Positions 50,401-63,520 of a DNA stretch of 64,000 bases are shown here, in pieces. Position 1 is the stretch's first letter; each line of letters starts with the position of its first letter. The DNA comes from Selaginella moellendorffii (taxonomy: Eukaryota; Plantae; Lycopodiophyta). The stretch is from contig NW_003314263.1 of assembly GCF_000143415.4 (NCBI RefSeq), forward strand, positions 4,344,159 to 4,408,158, in the 5' to 3' direction. The notes under the pieces are model-generated. The model had not been told where the DNA came from and did no database searches. It saw only the letters and a program-made list of their open reading frames with translations. The position numbers and the translations under genes are program-made.

Positions 50401-51000
50401 ACAAATGGCTTGCCAGTAGGGCAATGTTTCCAAGCTGAGGAGGCTCACAAGTGTTCGGAATGTGGAGTGCTAGAGATTGTAGCACATCTCCTCTGGGAGT
50501 GTGATGTGGTAAAGGAGACATGGAGGCAGGTAGGAAAGGCGACGAGGGAACTAGGGAGCAAGTAGGATTTTGAAATACGCAAAGGGCACATCACTCAATG
50601 GTTCCCAGAAGCAAGGGGGCCATGCATAGGAGTGGCGTGGCAGAAGATTGGTTGTTGGGGATGCTCAAGATGGGGCACCCAAGTCAAGTGGGATGCTATA
50701 GGAGCTGATGTTGGGACCCCAGTGTGGGAGGCCCTTGGACAGTCTAGATGGGAGATATGGTAGGCATTTGGAGTATAGGCACTTTGAGAGGCTTGGAACC
50801 ACAACCACTTCGAAGGACAGAATGCTTAGATTTCGGCGATCATGGCAAATTGGTGGAGGCTCACACTGGCTGCTGTCCGCTTGAGGGATACACTACTTCA
50901 GGAACACAAAAAAAGGGACATGCTAGCTGCTTGGCAATGACAATGGATCCCGTGCTATGGAGTAGAGTATGAGGGAGATGTCAAGTGCAAATGGAGACCA
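44500..51000 (+). mobile_element. L1-clade LINE (degenerate ORF1 and ORF2)
   Basis: ORF1 knuckle CKLCQKLGHPEVTC. ORF2 endonuclease (WNCWGL, CLQEHK, YAPN, GDFN, LDRIY, SDH), RT (WRPITML, QTGFVPGR, DFKKAYDQVDW, FADD) and C-terminal CSEC..H..WEC. Many stops; boundaries approximate. Confidence 0.9.
45761..46760 (+). mobile_element. Tandem Cassandra TRIM (LTR-int-LTR-int-LTR) with 5S rRNA-derived LTR cores
   Basis: Three ~194-bp LTRs (45761-45954, 46160-46353, 46567-46760) carry 5S-like GTTAAGCG...AGTACTGGGTTGGGTGACCTCCC..GAAGTCC; PBS TGGTATC(A/G)GAGC; TSD TAGAC; splits the LINE endonuclease. Confidence 0.9.
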
Positions 51001-52591
51001 CCGGCCACTATAGTAAAAGAGGCACGACGAGGCAATTTGGCATTGGATGTGTTGCGGAGGCGACGACTGCAGCAGCCGCAGCTGGAGGACAGCAATCGCC
51101 ATTAGGGGGGAGGATAGCAACACATTTTTGCTGAGTGAACAACACTATGGGTGACTCATTTTTGTATTAGTCCCCAAGGACACAAAGTAATGTACATATC
51201 TATTACATCGACCTCATGCAATTTAGAAGGCGCTACAAAGAGAGTGTGAGGAGGAGTGAGGGAGGGAGCATAGAGGATGGCAGCAGTAATGCACGTGCCA
51301 TGGAAGCAGCACACAGGGCTCTCCTCCTTCCTCCTCTTCCCCTCTTCTCTCGAAAGAAGCATCTCCACGCTTGGATCTTGATTTCTCCCAAACGGTTAGG
51401 AGTTATTTCGATTCCTTCGACGGGGGGGATTGTAGGAGTGGAGCATCACGTTCTTCTACAATGGCACAGTGAGATCTGCCACAGATCTAGAGATCTCACT
51501 CACCCTAGTTTCGGTGGTGGCTGGGGTTTGCAAGCTTCCACGATTTGGGGCTTTTGGTTCTAGGGGGAAATTGATTTGTGGCAGTGATAGAGGCAAGGAA
51601 GAGGGACGTTGCTAGCAACAACAACCCTCCATTAGCTTCACCAGAGTGCCTATGGCAAAGGACGGGCTCGTTTTCTCCTCTTTTTGCTCTCCCGGCTTGG
51701 TTTCCGCTCTTTTTCTCGATTCAACTTCACGGCTAGCATCTATGGAGTGGCAAGAAGCACTCCTAGTAGCAGTACTTCATTCAGATCTAAGATCTGGGAG
51801 ATCTGGATGACCCTAGCTCGTGCTCTGGAATTGGGCAGTAGCTAGGGTTAGGGTTCCAGCTGGCAGCTAGGGTTAGGGTTCACCCTATTCTAGGGCTAGG
51901 GTTCCTTGGCAGCTAGGGCTTCTAGGGCTGGTGGTGGCAAGTCACTGCAGTCCTAGGAGGCTCTTAAGGCATCTCTACAGTGGACAAACAGTTGCAAAAG
52001 CTTTAGAAATTGAGTTCTTTGCCAAGATCTATGCGATCTTGCTTGTCTTCATGTATGACGAAAACAGTAGCCGTCAAGGATTGGGGGAGCTGGAGGTCAC
52101 TTTAGGGGTGACCTCGAGCAGCTAGGACTTGAAAAAGTTCCTAGCTTTCTGGATTCTCACGCATGGTGTCTTGCTTCGAGGATGATCGGGAAGGGAAGAT
52201 TTTTGGAACCAATGGTAGGGATTGCTGCCACATGTGGGGCCAGTAGCTAATGGGGCTGTGGTGTGACACATGTAAGGGATCCATATATCTCTTCTCCAAT
52301 GCTTGCTTTGGAGTTCACTCCCTTTGGAGGAGTTTCATGCCCTTTCTCTAGTTCACGGTGGAGGCACCTGGGAGGCAAACAGCCCAAGAACAGCACTGGG
52401 TGTTCGTGCTCATGGTTTCGCAGATTTGACCTTTTCCTGAGAGTGCGCTCTCAATGTTGTGCAATAGAGAAATGTACCTATATGTTGCATTGACCTCTGG
52501 CAGTTTGACCACCTAACGTTATTTGAATAACCTCGGCCCCTCGAGTGGCAAAACTGCCCGAGGTGGCTGGCCTGGGCTCGACCTTAGATAG

Positions 52592-52612
52592 TTTAGGGTT
52601 TAGGGTTTAAGG
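52592..52612 (+). repeat. Interstitial plant telomeric repeat (TTTAGGG x2 plus a variant)
   Basis: TTTAGGGTTTAGGGTTTAAGG; a similar telo-box lies at 17345-17364 on the other strand. Confidence 0.7.
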
Positions 52613-52664
52613 TAATTTTTATTCTCATTATATTGAAATTGTTGTAAAATTTTTGTTTTCATAG

Positions 52665-53970
52665 GCTACGTTATAACTTGACAATTGCGGCAGCAGAGTT
52701 TAAAGTACAAGACCAGACAGCCCAAGAAATATTTTGGAAGTCTCTTTCCGATATTGTTCTAAAGCGGACTGGTAAGCCTGCAATCTTTCGTGGTTTCATG
52801 ATAGATGGTGCTGGTGCAAATTGGAATGGTGTCCGAGCAGTTTTTGGGAATGGTTAGCTATTGGAAGGTCATGAGAGGACTTGTGAGTTCCATTGGGCTC
52901 AAAGCATAAATCAGCACTGCCACCTTATCAAGTCAAAGTTTCAATCAGCATTTAAGGAGTTGTGCAAACAATAGCAAGTTGCACCTTCTAAAGAAAAGCA
53001 TAAGGCAAAAGCAAATGAGATTTAAATATGGTGGCATGAAGATGGCCATACTGACGTAAGTTGCCTACCACAGCTTGAGTCATGGTTAGGGTGGTGGGAA
53101 GTTATGATGTTCTAGTGGGGACATCACTCTTTTCAGGTTGGTTTTTATTTTTTTCTTCTCATTTTATTACCTTTTAATATTACCTTTTCCATTAGGATCA
53201 ACCACTTAAGGACCTCGCATACACCCCAACTGTGAATCTCTCCGAAAGTAAGCACTGGAGTTGGCATTCCTCTGAGGTAGGGAAAGGGAAGATGAGTGTA
53301 TACGAAGCTTGTCTATCAGATTTGATACAAGCTATAGAGCAATCTTCAAAAGCACTGGCATTCGAGGAAGGAAAATACATGGGAATAGAGCCTTTTGTTG
53401 AGATGTTATATAATAGGATGAAGAGAAAATTAACTCCACCTGCCCAAACAATGGCAATTGCTATTGAGGAAATGGTCCATGGCACGTCTATGGAGTACAC
53501 TCCCTAGACTTCTATTGGTGATATAGAGACTGTCCACTCAAAGTGTCATTTTTCCTTTGTTTGTGAAGATGTTAGTACGAACATTGGAGCAAAAAGCTCT
53601 CACAAGTCTGATGTCGAGTACACAAGAGGCCAACCAAAAAAGGTAAGGCAGTTAAATTTATTAGTATTGTTTTCAAGAAGAAGCAAGGTAAAATTAACTT
53701 GGCTCAAACATTTAAGTGTGAGATTCTCTATACAAAGTATATTACTGCGCTTGCAAAGGAGTACATAGTCAAAATAGAAGGTGAAAAGTACACAATGGCC
53801 ATTCACAATTTTCCTTTTTGCACATGTCCAAACTTTACGAAGTGCAAGGAACATGGGAAGGCATATGCTCCTTGCAAACATATGTACTACATCTTCATCA
53901 ACATCTTGCACTAGGATCCTAAAATGGATATTCATATACACCAAACAAGCCTTACTATTACTGAGTTGCA
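52665..53970 (+). pseudogene. MULE-type transposase remnant with SWIM zinc finger
   Basis: FRGFMIDGAGANW (D), RTCEFHWAQS (CxxH), NLSESKHWSW (E), CTCPNF...PCKHMYY (SWIM); short introns and several stops. Confidence 0.8.
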
Positions 53971-54899
53971 GAAAACTTTTGGAGCTAACTAGATTTCTCC
54001 AACACTATTGATGTTTATTCTCTATCAATAAAACTTATTATACTTTATATAATTAATAAAAGAGTGTTTTTTCATTTCACTTTTCATTTTATATGCTTCC
54101 GAGTGTTCTTTTCGCAATATTGCCCATAATATTTGTGTGTCTCCATTTCTATCTTTACCATCTCAAAAAAGATTCCATGGTAGTCTTTCGGGTGCGTGAT
54201 GTTGCAGTGTGTCACAAGAACATATATACCATCATACTGATCATTGCCATTGTTTCCACCAAACGTTAAAAAACATATAGGGCATTTCTTAAAAGTGGCA
54301 GAATTACACTTTTCTAAAACAAGTAAGAGGGTATTCTTTTTCACCCAATTTGTTGCACCATTTGTTATTGCATTTATCTCCAACTCATGATCACTATCCT
54401 CTCTTTCATTCTCTTGTATGGTTTGGTTATGTTGTACAATGGGATAGTTATTGCATCTCCCTAAGAAAAAGATGCATCAAGTCCAAGTCAAAATAAGTGA
54501 TAGCTCACTGTTCTTATATAGTATAATCAAATCTAAAATGCAACTTGCCATCAAGTATAATACTACAAAAGAAATTCATAAATGTCACATTTCTAAAGAA
54601 GTGCAATAATCACTTTTCTACTCTAACTCCAGACTGTATTCAACTCAATTGCCTTAGCCCTAAAAGTTAACATCCCTTTCAAGCCACATCATACATATTA
54701 CCTATTAAAGTCTAGGTGTAGCGCATGTGATCATGGGATGAGATTTGGATATACTATCACTATGGATTCTTGGAACTTTGGGGGATAAATGGGGATAAAA
54801 TAGCCACTAAGGGTTTTCTCATCAAGCAATGGATATCCATATTGTATTAACACGATTCCTCAATCATTTTCAAGATCTGATGTGAAGCCAAAACAATAA

Positions 54900-57800
54900 C
54901 AAAAAATATAATAAGGAAAACTCTTTATCACTCAACATAACAATACCACTTTCACTAATATAGTGCTAGCAATGTTAATGCTTTAACTACATATATTCTC
55001 CATCTAACAATCTACTCCAAGTGCTAATGAATTCACCAACAAGCTATAGCAAATGAATGATACAACTTTTTTAAAACCTTAATGGGCAAACTTTCAAGTA
55101 ATCATGGTACCAATACTAGCTTAGTATATGATAAATCACTTTTAAGAATCCAGTCAAAGCTACTATAATACTACTATATGCAAGTAGACTAGTATCATGA
55201 TCATTGTTTGACCAAACAACTTTGTAAATACATTGGTCATGATCACATGGATATAATATAAAAATCACAATCATTTAATCGTCAATCAAGCAATACCATG
55301 AGTAATGCCCATTTCACTACTACAAAATTTACGTGAATATCAAATGCCAACTCATTTTGCCAAAATTCAACATAAATGCCATACCTCAGTAATAAAAGTT
55401 TACAACATCTAAAATCACTAACTTTAATATAAACAAGCTCGTGCCACTCTTTTTTTTACCACACTTAAAACTAATCCAACACAAAACCACTCAAGGAGCA
55501 ATAATAAAATTCTTTAAAAAAGAATTAAGCATTGTAACCCAAATCTTCTAATAGCAAGCCTAAACAAAATGGTTTAACACTTCATCACTTAACATTCTAT
55601 GACTCACCACTTGTAAGATTACCATTGAACTCTTGATTACATGATGTGAATATAAATAATAAAATCACACCCTAAACTTGCCACCAAGCATAATATTATA
55701 AAAGAAAGGCACAAAGGTCAACTTTCTAAAAAAGTGTAATGACCATTTTTCATGCTTTTGCTTCTAAGTATATAGCCAAAAGAGTAAAGGGATAAGAGTA
55801 TTAATTGACATTGGAATAATCTTAAAGCATCCAACATCCCAATGTCAAAACCAATACACAAAATAGAGACAAATAAAGTCTGGCATTATTGCCAGCATAC
55901 TGGTGGCATAGCATGTGGTTATGGGTACTCCATGAATTAGCCTGGTATAGAAATTAGGCTTAAACTCAAGCCAAACATAGGAGGAGGATAGAAATGTAAC
56001 TGAGGAGCTAAAATAAGTCTTAGGTTGGTTGGTCATACCCAACTTATCCACTCCCCTTATTATACACTTGGAACCCCCTATACCATCATATTAGTTAGTG
56101 TATAACTCAAGTTAAGGAATATTTTGCCCAATGCTTATAATGCTGTTTGCAAGGCAAAAGCATCATCTTGCATGGGAGATATGTTGTGTCTATTGATTGC
56201 ATATCCAGCATTAGTGAACCATCCACTAGTGGAGAAATAAATGATTGATGGGAAGACTAAATCTGTGGTTATAATGGATAAGATAAATGCCTACAAGTTC
56301 ATGTAGTGAATAATGAGAGACTAGTGCTCAATACACAAGGGTTCTTATCACTAGCCCATGCAAGATATAATGAGATAGAAACTCTTTACCAAGCTAAATA
56401 TGTTTAGCAAATAACATATAGAAATTTCATCTTTATACTCGTTCGGTCTAAGTACACTCGAAATGCCTAATTAACTCCATTAGTACAAGAGGGTCTACTA
56501 AAAGGTCCAGCAATACTAATATCCTTCTATCGTGGTAGTAAGAGAAGAATATCATAAAGGACTTATATTTGCAATCACATTAGTAACACTCTCCCCTTGT
56601 AAGGGAGATCAATATCCTTGTTAATGCATACTATAGTCTAAACTGCCATTAAAAAAAAACCCCAAAAAAAGATTATAGTCTTCATATTTGTGATAAAAGC
56701 ACCATCTTAAATGAGTTAGGGGATTAACTCTTTGTTTATCACAGATGCAATACAATTTTAATACCTTTAAGCCATTGCTAACAAGGAAATGACTAATGGA
56801 GTTAGCCACCCTTACTACTTTGTGTATCACCCAATTTACAAAAGATCATATGCCCCTACTTGCAAATGATATAGAGAGAGAAGCTATAGGCCCCAACCCT
56901 CCTAAGGAAACAAACTAAACATGTCGATAATGTTTAGATAAACTATTGTAAACATGCAATTAAAGTTGTTTACATGATCACACCTTTTTATTAAAAATAG
57001 AAACATTGAGAGAGAGGTGGGTTATGTGACTAATCTATAGTAGGTATATAAAAACTATAGATTTCATCATGTATATGAAGTGCCGAAGCTAATCTACCTA
57101 TACTAGCCCTATACTAGATCAAAAAATGGATAATATCAAAGTTATATACAAAGATGGAGATATCAAATTATTAGTGAAGAAATCATAGATAAAAACACAA
57201 AAGTATTCCAAGTAAGTTATCATCTAATAAGGTAAGATTATAGTATAGGAACCACCAAGATCATTATAGTATAAAGACATAGGATTAACTATCCAATAAA
57301 ATTCAATACCAAGCATACCATTAAGAAAGCTTAATAACAAAATTGAACTATCAAAGATTTTAGATAGCATTCCAAAAAATTTATAAAATACTACTCAAAG
57401 AATACAAAAATGTATTGATTAAACAAACAAAATACTTGTGAATATATCACCCAAAAGAAATAATGTGCCAATTTATCATAACCAACCATAACAACAATCA
57501 GTAAAATATAATCGCAAGGGCCAACAAATATTAGTTTATGTCAACTATTCTACTAGCAAGTTTCAATATATCCCAGTCAACAATATAAAGCAACCTAAAT
57601 TGCTTAAGAAAACATTAGCAATATTCTACCAATTACTCAAACCTAAGAGATGAATCCAAAGCAAAAACAAAAAATATATGGTAATACACAAAGCCAAAAG
57701 TTATCAAGATAATAACTAACCATAACAAAAGATCATTGATCATCCCATCAATATTGATGCATATGAATTAGTGAATAAGAATGGCAAATCATCTAAAATA

Positions 57801-58192
57801 ACAATAATCAAGTAAGACCTTTAACAAGGATTATCAACTATCTTAAATAAAAATTAATCATTATCAATGATCACCAAATGTAAACACCAATTTAAACTTT
57901 AAAACTAATAAGCCAAAATGTTATTCTTTAAGACAAAGACTTTGTTGAGGGGGAAGAATTGTTATGTGCTAACTTTGACCATGTAGTCAATGTTGGTGAA
58001 AAGGAGGCTCAAAGGTATATTAAAGCATGTTAGAGTAAGGAACTTAACCTACCCTATAACTCATAAGGGAGCAACAGTGTAGTGGAGATTTTTAGGTAAC
58101 TCGGGGGTGGTTGAGTGGTGAAGAACCTCAAGAGGAGGCATAGTTTAGTCTAGGGAGACTAGATCTCTATCTTTTTATGACGGATCATAACA
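54900..58192 (+). mobile_element. Highly degraded Gypsy element ending in a family-B LTR (57960-58192)
   Basis: PPT GAGGGGGAAGAAT plus an LTR matching 35229-35462. Faint RT-like remnants at ~56030-56400. Left boundary uncertain. Confidence 0.55.
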
Positions 58193-58269
58193 AAACTAGT
58201 TTAGCCTACAAAAACACAATATAAACTGAGTTTACAAAAAATAAAGTCTTATATGTTGATTTTGTGAGA

Positions 58270-59300
58270 TGCCATGTTGAGGTTCATAGTGTGCTCCAAG
58301 TCACTGATTTGACAAGTGTGATTAGAACACTAATGTGTTGTTCTTCATCATCTTGGAACTTCTCTTAAATGCACTTCTAAAATGCCAAACACCTATAGTT
58401 TCCATCAATTACATATAACATTTTTCCAATGAACCCTATTATCTCCACATGTTATTCTAAGAATCCCTCAAATTCATAAGACTTTTACAGCTATATAAGA
58501 TCCCATTTTTGTTCAAGTTCAGTTTTCATTGGCTCTATTCAACTAGTTTCAGGGAAAGTTGGTGAAATGATGAAGGTACCAACCATACTCTTGAACTTGA
58601 CTTTTGCAAGTAGATAGCCATGTTGAAGTCATCAGCTATACACACCTAATGGCTTTAAACCAACTGGCACAAAGGAACCAAAAAATGTTGAGGGCTATTT
58701 CACACAATTTCTTGTAACACTTTACTGACCATCTATTCTTGAGCTTGGACAATTGTGTCTTGAACATAATCATTTAAGATGGTGTTAGAATCATGCATGT
58801 ATAACCCCTCACCACCACTAGCTCCCCATGCACCACTAGCCTTAAAAGCTGTATAAGCAGCTACCATACTACCAATAGTCTTTGCAGTAGGTGCAGCTAC
58901 CACACCACCAATGACCTCTATAATAGGCATATCTAACTTGACAAAAGCAGCCTTAGTAGCTAGAGGCATAGCTCCCTCACCACCACCAACATCAGGCCCA
59001 AGTACATTGCGACAAGCAACTGCAGCCTTAGTAGCACTAGTTTGAACAAGCATAACTTTCCCACCACCATCAGCATCAACAATGATCTTGCCCAATAAAC
59101 ACATCCTCAATAATAGTAGTATTAAGACTTGTTTCAACTTCCATGTCAACATCCATTTCATCATTATATTCTTCATTGCATCCCTCAGCACTACTAATAG
59201 CAACTTCATTGGATACTTAGGATGAATCTCTAGTTAATTAGCCAAGCCTATAACAATCAAGGTAGCTGCTTTTTTCTTGAGATTGGTACCATTGAGGCTT
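58270..59300 (-). pseudogene. Second ParB/Srx-like gene remnant
   Basis: Minus-strand frame with stops: GYL...VGTFIISP...KWD...FEGFL...GKMLYVIDGNYRCLAF*KCI*EKF..DEEQHISV (~58320-58620) contains the ParB hhhDGxH/YR..A motif. Preceded by the low-complexity ORF 58733-59209. Confidence 0.6.
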
Positions 59301-59504
59301 GCTTTAATGCTTCCTCCAAAATAAAAAACAAAATACTAATATCTAATATGCAAAGTAAAGAAAATTTATGGCATTATAAGTTCAAGTCCCCTCTTGGTTA
59401 GTCAAGCTTAATTTATATGTGCTCTTACAAGAAAAGTTTATAAGTAAAAGAAAATGAAAAATAGATTGTAAACTAGGAGAAATGCAAAAGAAAAACACAA
59501 GTCA

Positions 59505-60930
59505 CTAGGAGAGGTCAGGTCGTGTGAGAATTGATCTCATCCTACATCTCTAAATTCAGAAAAGAAAAATTCTTGAGGCTGAAAAGGCCTCAAGACATAA
59601 AAAAGAACACAACAACAATATAGGAGAGGTTGTTTCACACAAGAACCAAGCTCACCCTTCCCACTTTAAAATTTAGGAAAAGAAATTCTTGAGGCCAAAA
59701 AGGCCTTAAGAAAGGAAAAAAGAATATATGACAAGAACGTAAGAGAGGTTGGTTCACGCAAGAATCAACCTCATCTCCCCCTCTAAATTTTTGGGAAATA
59801 GAATTCTTGAGGTGAATTAAGCCTCAAGAAACAAAAATGAATAAAATAAAAATATGAGAGATTTCAATTTATGCAATAACTGACCTTACCCTCCCCATCT
59901 TAAATTCAAGAAAAAATAAGTCTTAAGGCAAATAAGGCACAATAAAATTATAGGAGAGGTTGGTTCGTGCTAAAATCGACTTCCCCCTCCCCCTTTGAAA
60001 TATAGAGGAAAAGAATTTATAAAGTTCTCAAGGTAAATAAAACCTGAAGATGTTCATTCTCATAAGAATTGCCCTCAGCAACAAGAAAAAAAATCAAGAA
60101 AGCTTGCCTCTAGGAAAAACAAAGGTGGGGAAACATTAAGTCATGCACAAACAGATCTTTCTCACCCTTTCAACAAGGAAGGAAAAAAAAAACAAGGTAG
60201 AGATGAGCAAAAAGATGAAAGAGAAAAGAAAATAGAATGTCAAGACATGTTGGTTCGCATGAAAAGTGACATCTCCATCCCTCTCATTGTTCAAAAGAAA
60301 AACAAATCAAGAAAAAAAAGCCTTTAATGGAAGAAAGAAGATGAGTAGATATCAATTCATATGAAAACCAACCTTTCCCAACCCAATTTCTCATCCCACA
60401 AAAGAATCTCACTCTCTAAGAAGCTCAAAATGATGGGGAGAAAAAATTATCAAGCCACTTACCTACTAAAGCATTAATGCTGTGGAATGCTAAAATCTCA
60501 TCAATTTGCCCCTTATTAGTTGCCCAAAACCCCAATGAGCACACTACAACTCATAAGATTGATTAGCAACTCTCTTTTAGACCCATTTCTCTCAGCTTTC
60601 AATAGCAGAACCTCAACTAAATTCCTCTCTCACAGCAACACCTCAGCTAGATCTATCTCTTTTGCCCATACCCAAAAAAGTCAACACCAGAAAAGCAAAC
60701 CCTACAATGACAAACTATATAAAGCTTTGAAAATCAATAGTCAAGATTTGTTGAGGAGGGACAGTATTATTTTCTCACAATCAATTATAAAATTATTTTT
60801 AATATTTTCATATATCTCTATATTCTAAACTAATCTCTTGGCTCCCTTCCACAAGAAAGAAAATAAGGAGATGGTCCTATAAAGAAAGAATGTCAAGAAA
60901 TGTTGATTCGTGTAAGAATTGATATCTCCA
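59505..60930. repeat. Array of spaced palindromes GAGGTTGGTTC-N6-GAAYCAACCTC (~9 copies) plus TCTTGAGGC-N7-GCCTCAAGA in ~118-bp units
   Basis: Copies near 59510, 59624, 59743, 59857, 59954, 60048, 60247, 60346 and 60899; second palindrome near 59571, 59687 and 59804. Confidence 0.7.
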
Positions 60931-62129
60931 TCACTCTAAATGTTCTATAAAAAACAAAAATAAATAAAATCTTGCGATTGATTGGTGCCTCTCTTTTATA
61001 ACCCCATTCATCTTAGCAATATTATTCCTCTCACAATTAATTACACAATTAATATGGGTGGCTCTTTAAGATTTTCAAATATCTCTAGATTTTAAATTTT
61101 TGTATATTTTGTTAGAATAATTAACTTATCCTTTACAAGGACATAGCTAATTACCTTTGTTCTTTTTTGTTTGTTTCTTCTTAAATTTTTTTGAAGTGCT
61201 CAAACAGAGAGAAGATGTAGCATATGTAATCATGGGATGAGATTTGGATATATTATCACCATGGATCCTTAGAACTTTGAGGGATAAATAGGGATAAAAT
61301 AACCATTAAAAGCTTTATTATTAAACAATTATTCTTTTTCCAATTGGCTTAAGGGGAAAGAGATCTAATGCACTATATGTAGGATCAGAGCAAATGGCAT
61401 AGGTGCGATTCTCATTGATTAGTAGCTACTTTAAAATATAATATACCCTTAAATATATATTACCACCCCTAAATTTAAATCTTACATATTAAGTATTTAT
61501 GCACATATCCTTCCTCTTGTCATACATCCATAAATAAAGGTATTTATTGTGGAACTGCAATATGGATGGATGATTAGTTGTCTCACATGGAATAATTGGT
61601 CTATAGAATGGAAGGATTGGTAGATTCAATGTGGAAATGAAAGTGTTAATTCTCTTTGGCTCAGTACAGATTGTGAGTCAATAATCAATGAGAACATTAA
61701 TATCTCTAAAGGGGGGTGATGTAGTGGGGAATGGTCCAAAGATGAGTTGAGTTCATGAGTTGAGCTCAATTCAACACAAGTCAACTCAAGTCAACACAAT
61801 CAACTAGATGGAGTTGGGCCAATCAATATTTGAGTTAAAAGTTTCTATAAGATTGAATTATTTAAAAAAGACAAAGTTCATAAGACCTTAACTTTTGCAA
61901 AGCTATATTATTTTATTATGACTACTGTTACAACTATCATATTTTTATTTGACTACTTAATATTTTGAATACTTTTACTATTGTAGATACTATTCCTTCA
62001 TTTAAAAGATTTTTTAGGGTTCTTGAGAAGATGGAAGCAAGGAAAATATAAGATCTGTGAGTAAGAGTTGTAGTGCAAAGGAATGTAAGAATGTTAATTT
62101 TGTTTCACTACCACAATCTTGATATTACA

Positions 62130-62797
62130 CTTCTAATCCTTATTACTCATCTAGGATTGTGGAGACCACTATCATGATTGATGAAAATGCTTTTGCTACT
62201 TCTGAAACAATAGTCCAGAGTAAAAGAATTGAAGAAATGAATAACACGCAGAAAGCACCAATAAATTTACTCCATAAAACTTTTTATGACATTTGTAATT
62301 TACATATCAATTCACATTAGAAACTTGGTTGCTTGCTTATATCACAATTCTCTTATATGATAAGACCAAGGTATATTTTTGTAGTGAATCCTCATTAAAA
62401 GTTTTTGGGAGTTGTTTGTGAATAATAATAAAAGAAATTGAAATCTTTCAAAAGACTCAAAAGTAATATGACATCAAAGAATCAACTTTATCTACATTTC
62501 CAAGACTGAAAGGCAATCTCACACAAGAGAATGGCAACATGCCAACGTGCTCTACCACTATAATGTAGTCTATAATTTTCCTTGCAGTCTATTCCCTAGA
62601 TATTTGGAATGTGTAGAAAAGAATATATGCATAGCAAAGTAGGATTTCGTCATAATGATAGAGCATGTGTATACACGATAATCTAAAATTTTAGAAGCTC
62701 TTATATTTACAAGCAACCTATGATTATGAGGCCCTATTTCCAAGTCTAACATTTAAAGAATCTAAGTATTGTCAATGTCATAATAAATAAACCTCAT
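62130..62797 (-). pseudogene. HAD/FCP1-like phosphatase remnant at the 3' end of the element-D cargo gene
   Basis: 62797-62762 reads MRFIYYDIDNT* (DxDxT motif I), followed by RLLVNIRASKILD..MHIFFSTHS..TARKIIDYI and SIFINHDSGLHNP; stops and frameshifts. Confidence 0.5.
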
Positions 62798-62934
62798 TCA
62801 CAAGACTAAAACTTAGTATATAAACTATCTAGAAAAGTTATAATCATTGTAGTTTTTTTGTTCTCCTTGAGCTCTTTGGAAGTTTGTATTGAAATGGCTT
62901 AAAAGAAAATCATTGCTACTCATACTTGGCCCTT

Positions 62935-63520
62935 AACATTTCATATCAATCTCCACCTTCATCCCCAAGTTCTACCAACATTCCATCTTCACCTCCACAT
63001 AACAATCTTTTTTTTGCTAAAGGCTCTAATGAAGTTGAACTAAAGCTCCCTATATATGAAATTTTGGATCTTGCTACTAGAGAGGGATTACTTCTAGTGT
63101 TTTAAGAGCAATGCCACATATTTTTGCAAGATCTTACTCTTGACATAGTAGGACTACTTGAAAGCACAGAATGCTATTACATTTGGTGTCTAATATGCTA
63201 CTTTATCTTGGACAAGACAAATGGCTCTATAGGTTTGAAACTTTTCTTAAGCATTATAACAATTGCCCAATGGCAGATTTGGAAAATGTGCATATGTAGA
63301 TGTACAATAGATTTAAGAATGAGTTACAGACACATACCCACTATTACTTCATGGTGAGGAACAACATCCCCTTGGGAAACATTGCATCGACTAGTGCAAA
63401 ATATGAGGTTTTAGGCCACCCTATAGTAGGGAAAGCAACCCTCATGGATCTTCATAAGATCTAGAATCACTTTACTATACTATAGTATTGTCACTTTTAA
63501 AAGAAAAAATATAATAAAAT
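62935..63520 (+). mobile_element. Probable LINE 3' fragment inserted in element D copy 2
   Basis: Absent from copy 1; contains ECYYIW...AQWQIWKM (L1 C-terminal-like) and ends in an A-rich tail. Confidence 0.45.

Noticed and set aside
52592-52612. True chromosome end
   Set aside because: Only about three units, internal to continuous sequence.
55315-55330. CACTACTACAAAA as a CACTA terminus
   Set aside because: No partner TIR, subterminal repeats or transposase nearby; it lies within degraded LTR-element sequence.
63120-63420. SET-domain-like reading on the minus strand
   Set aside because: The motifs are unconvincing; the segment is an insertion absent from copy 1 and fits a LINE 3' fragment on the plus strand.
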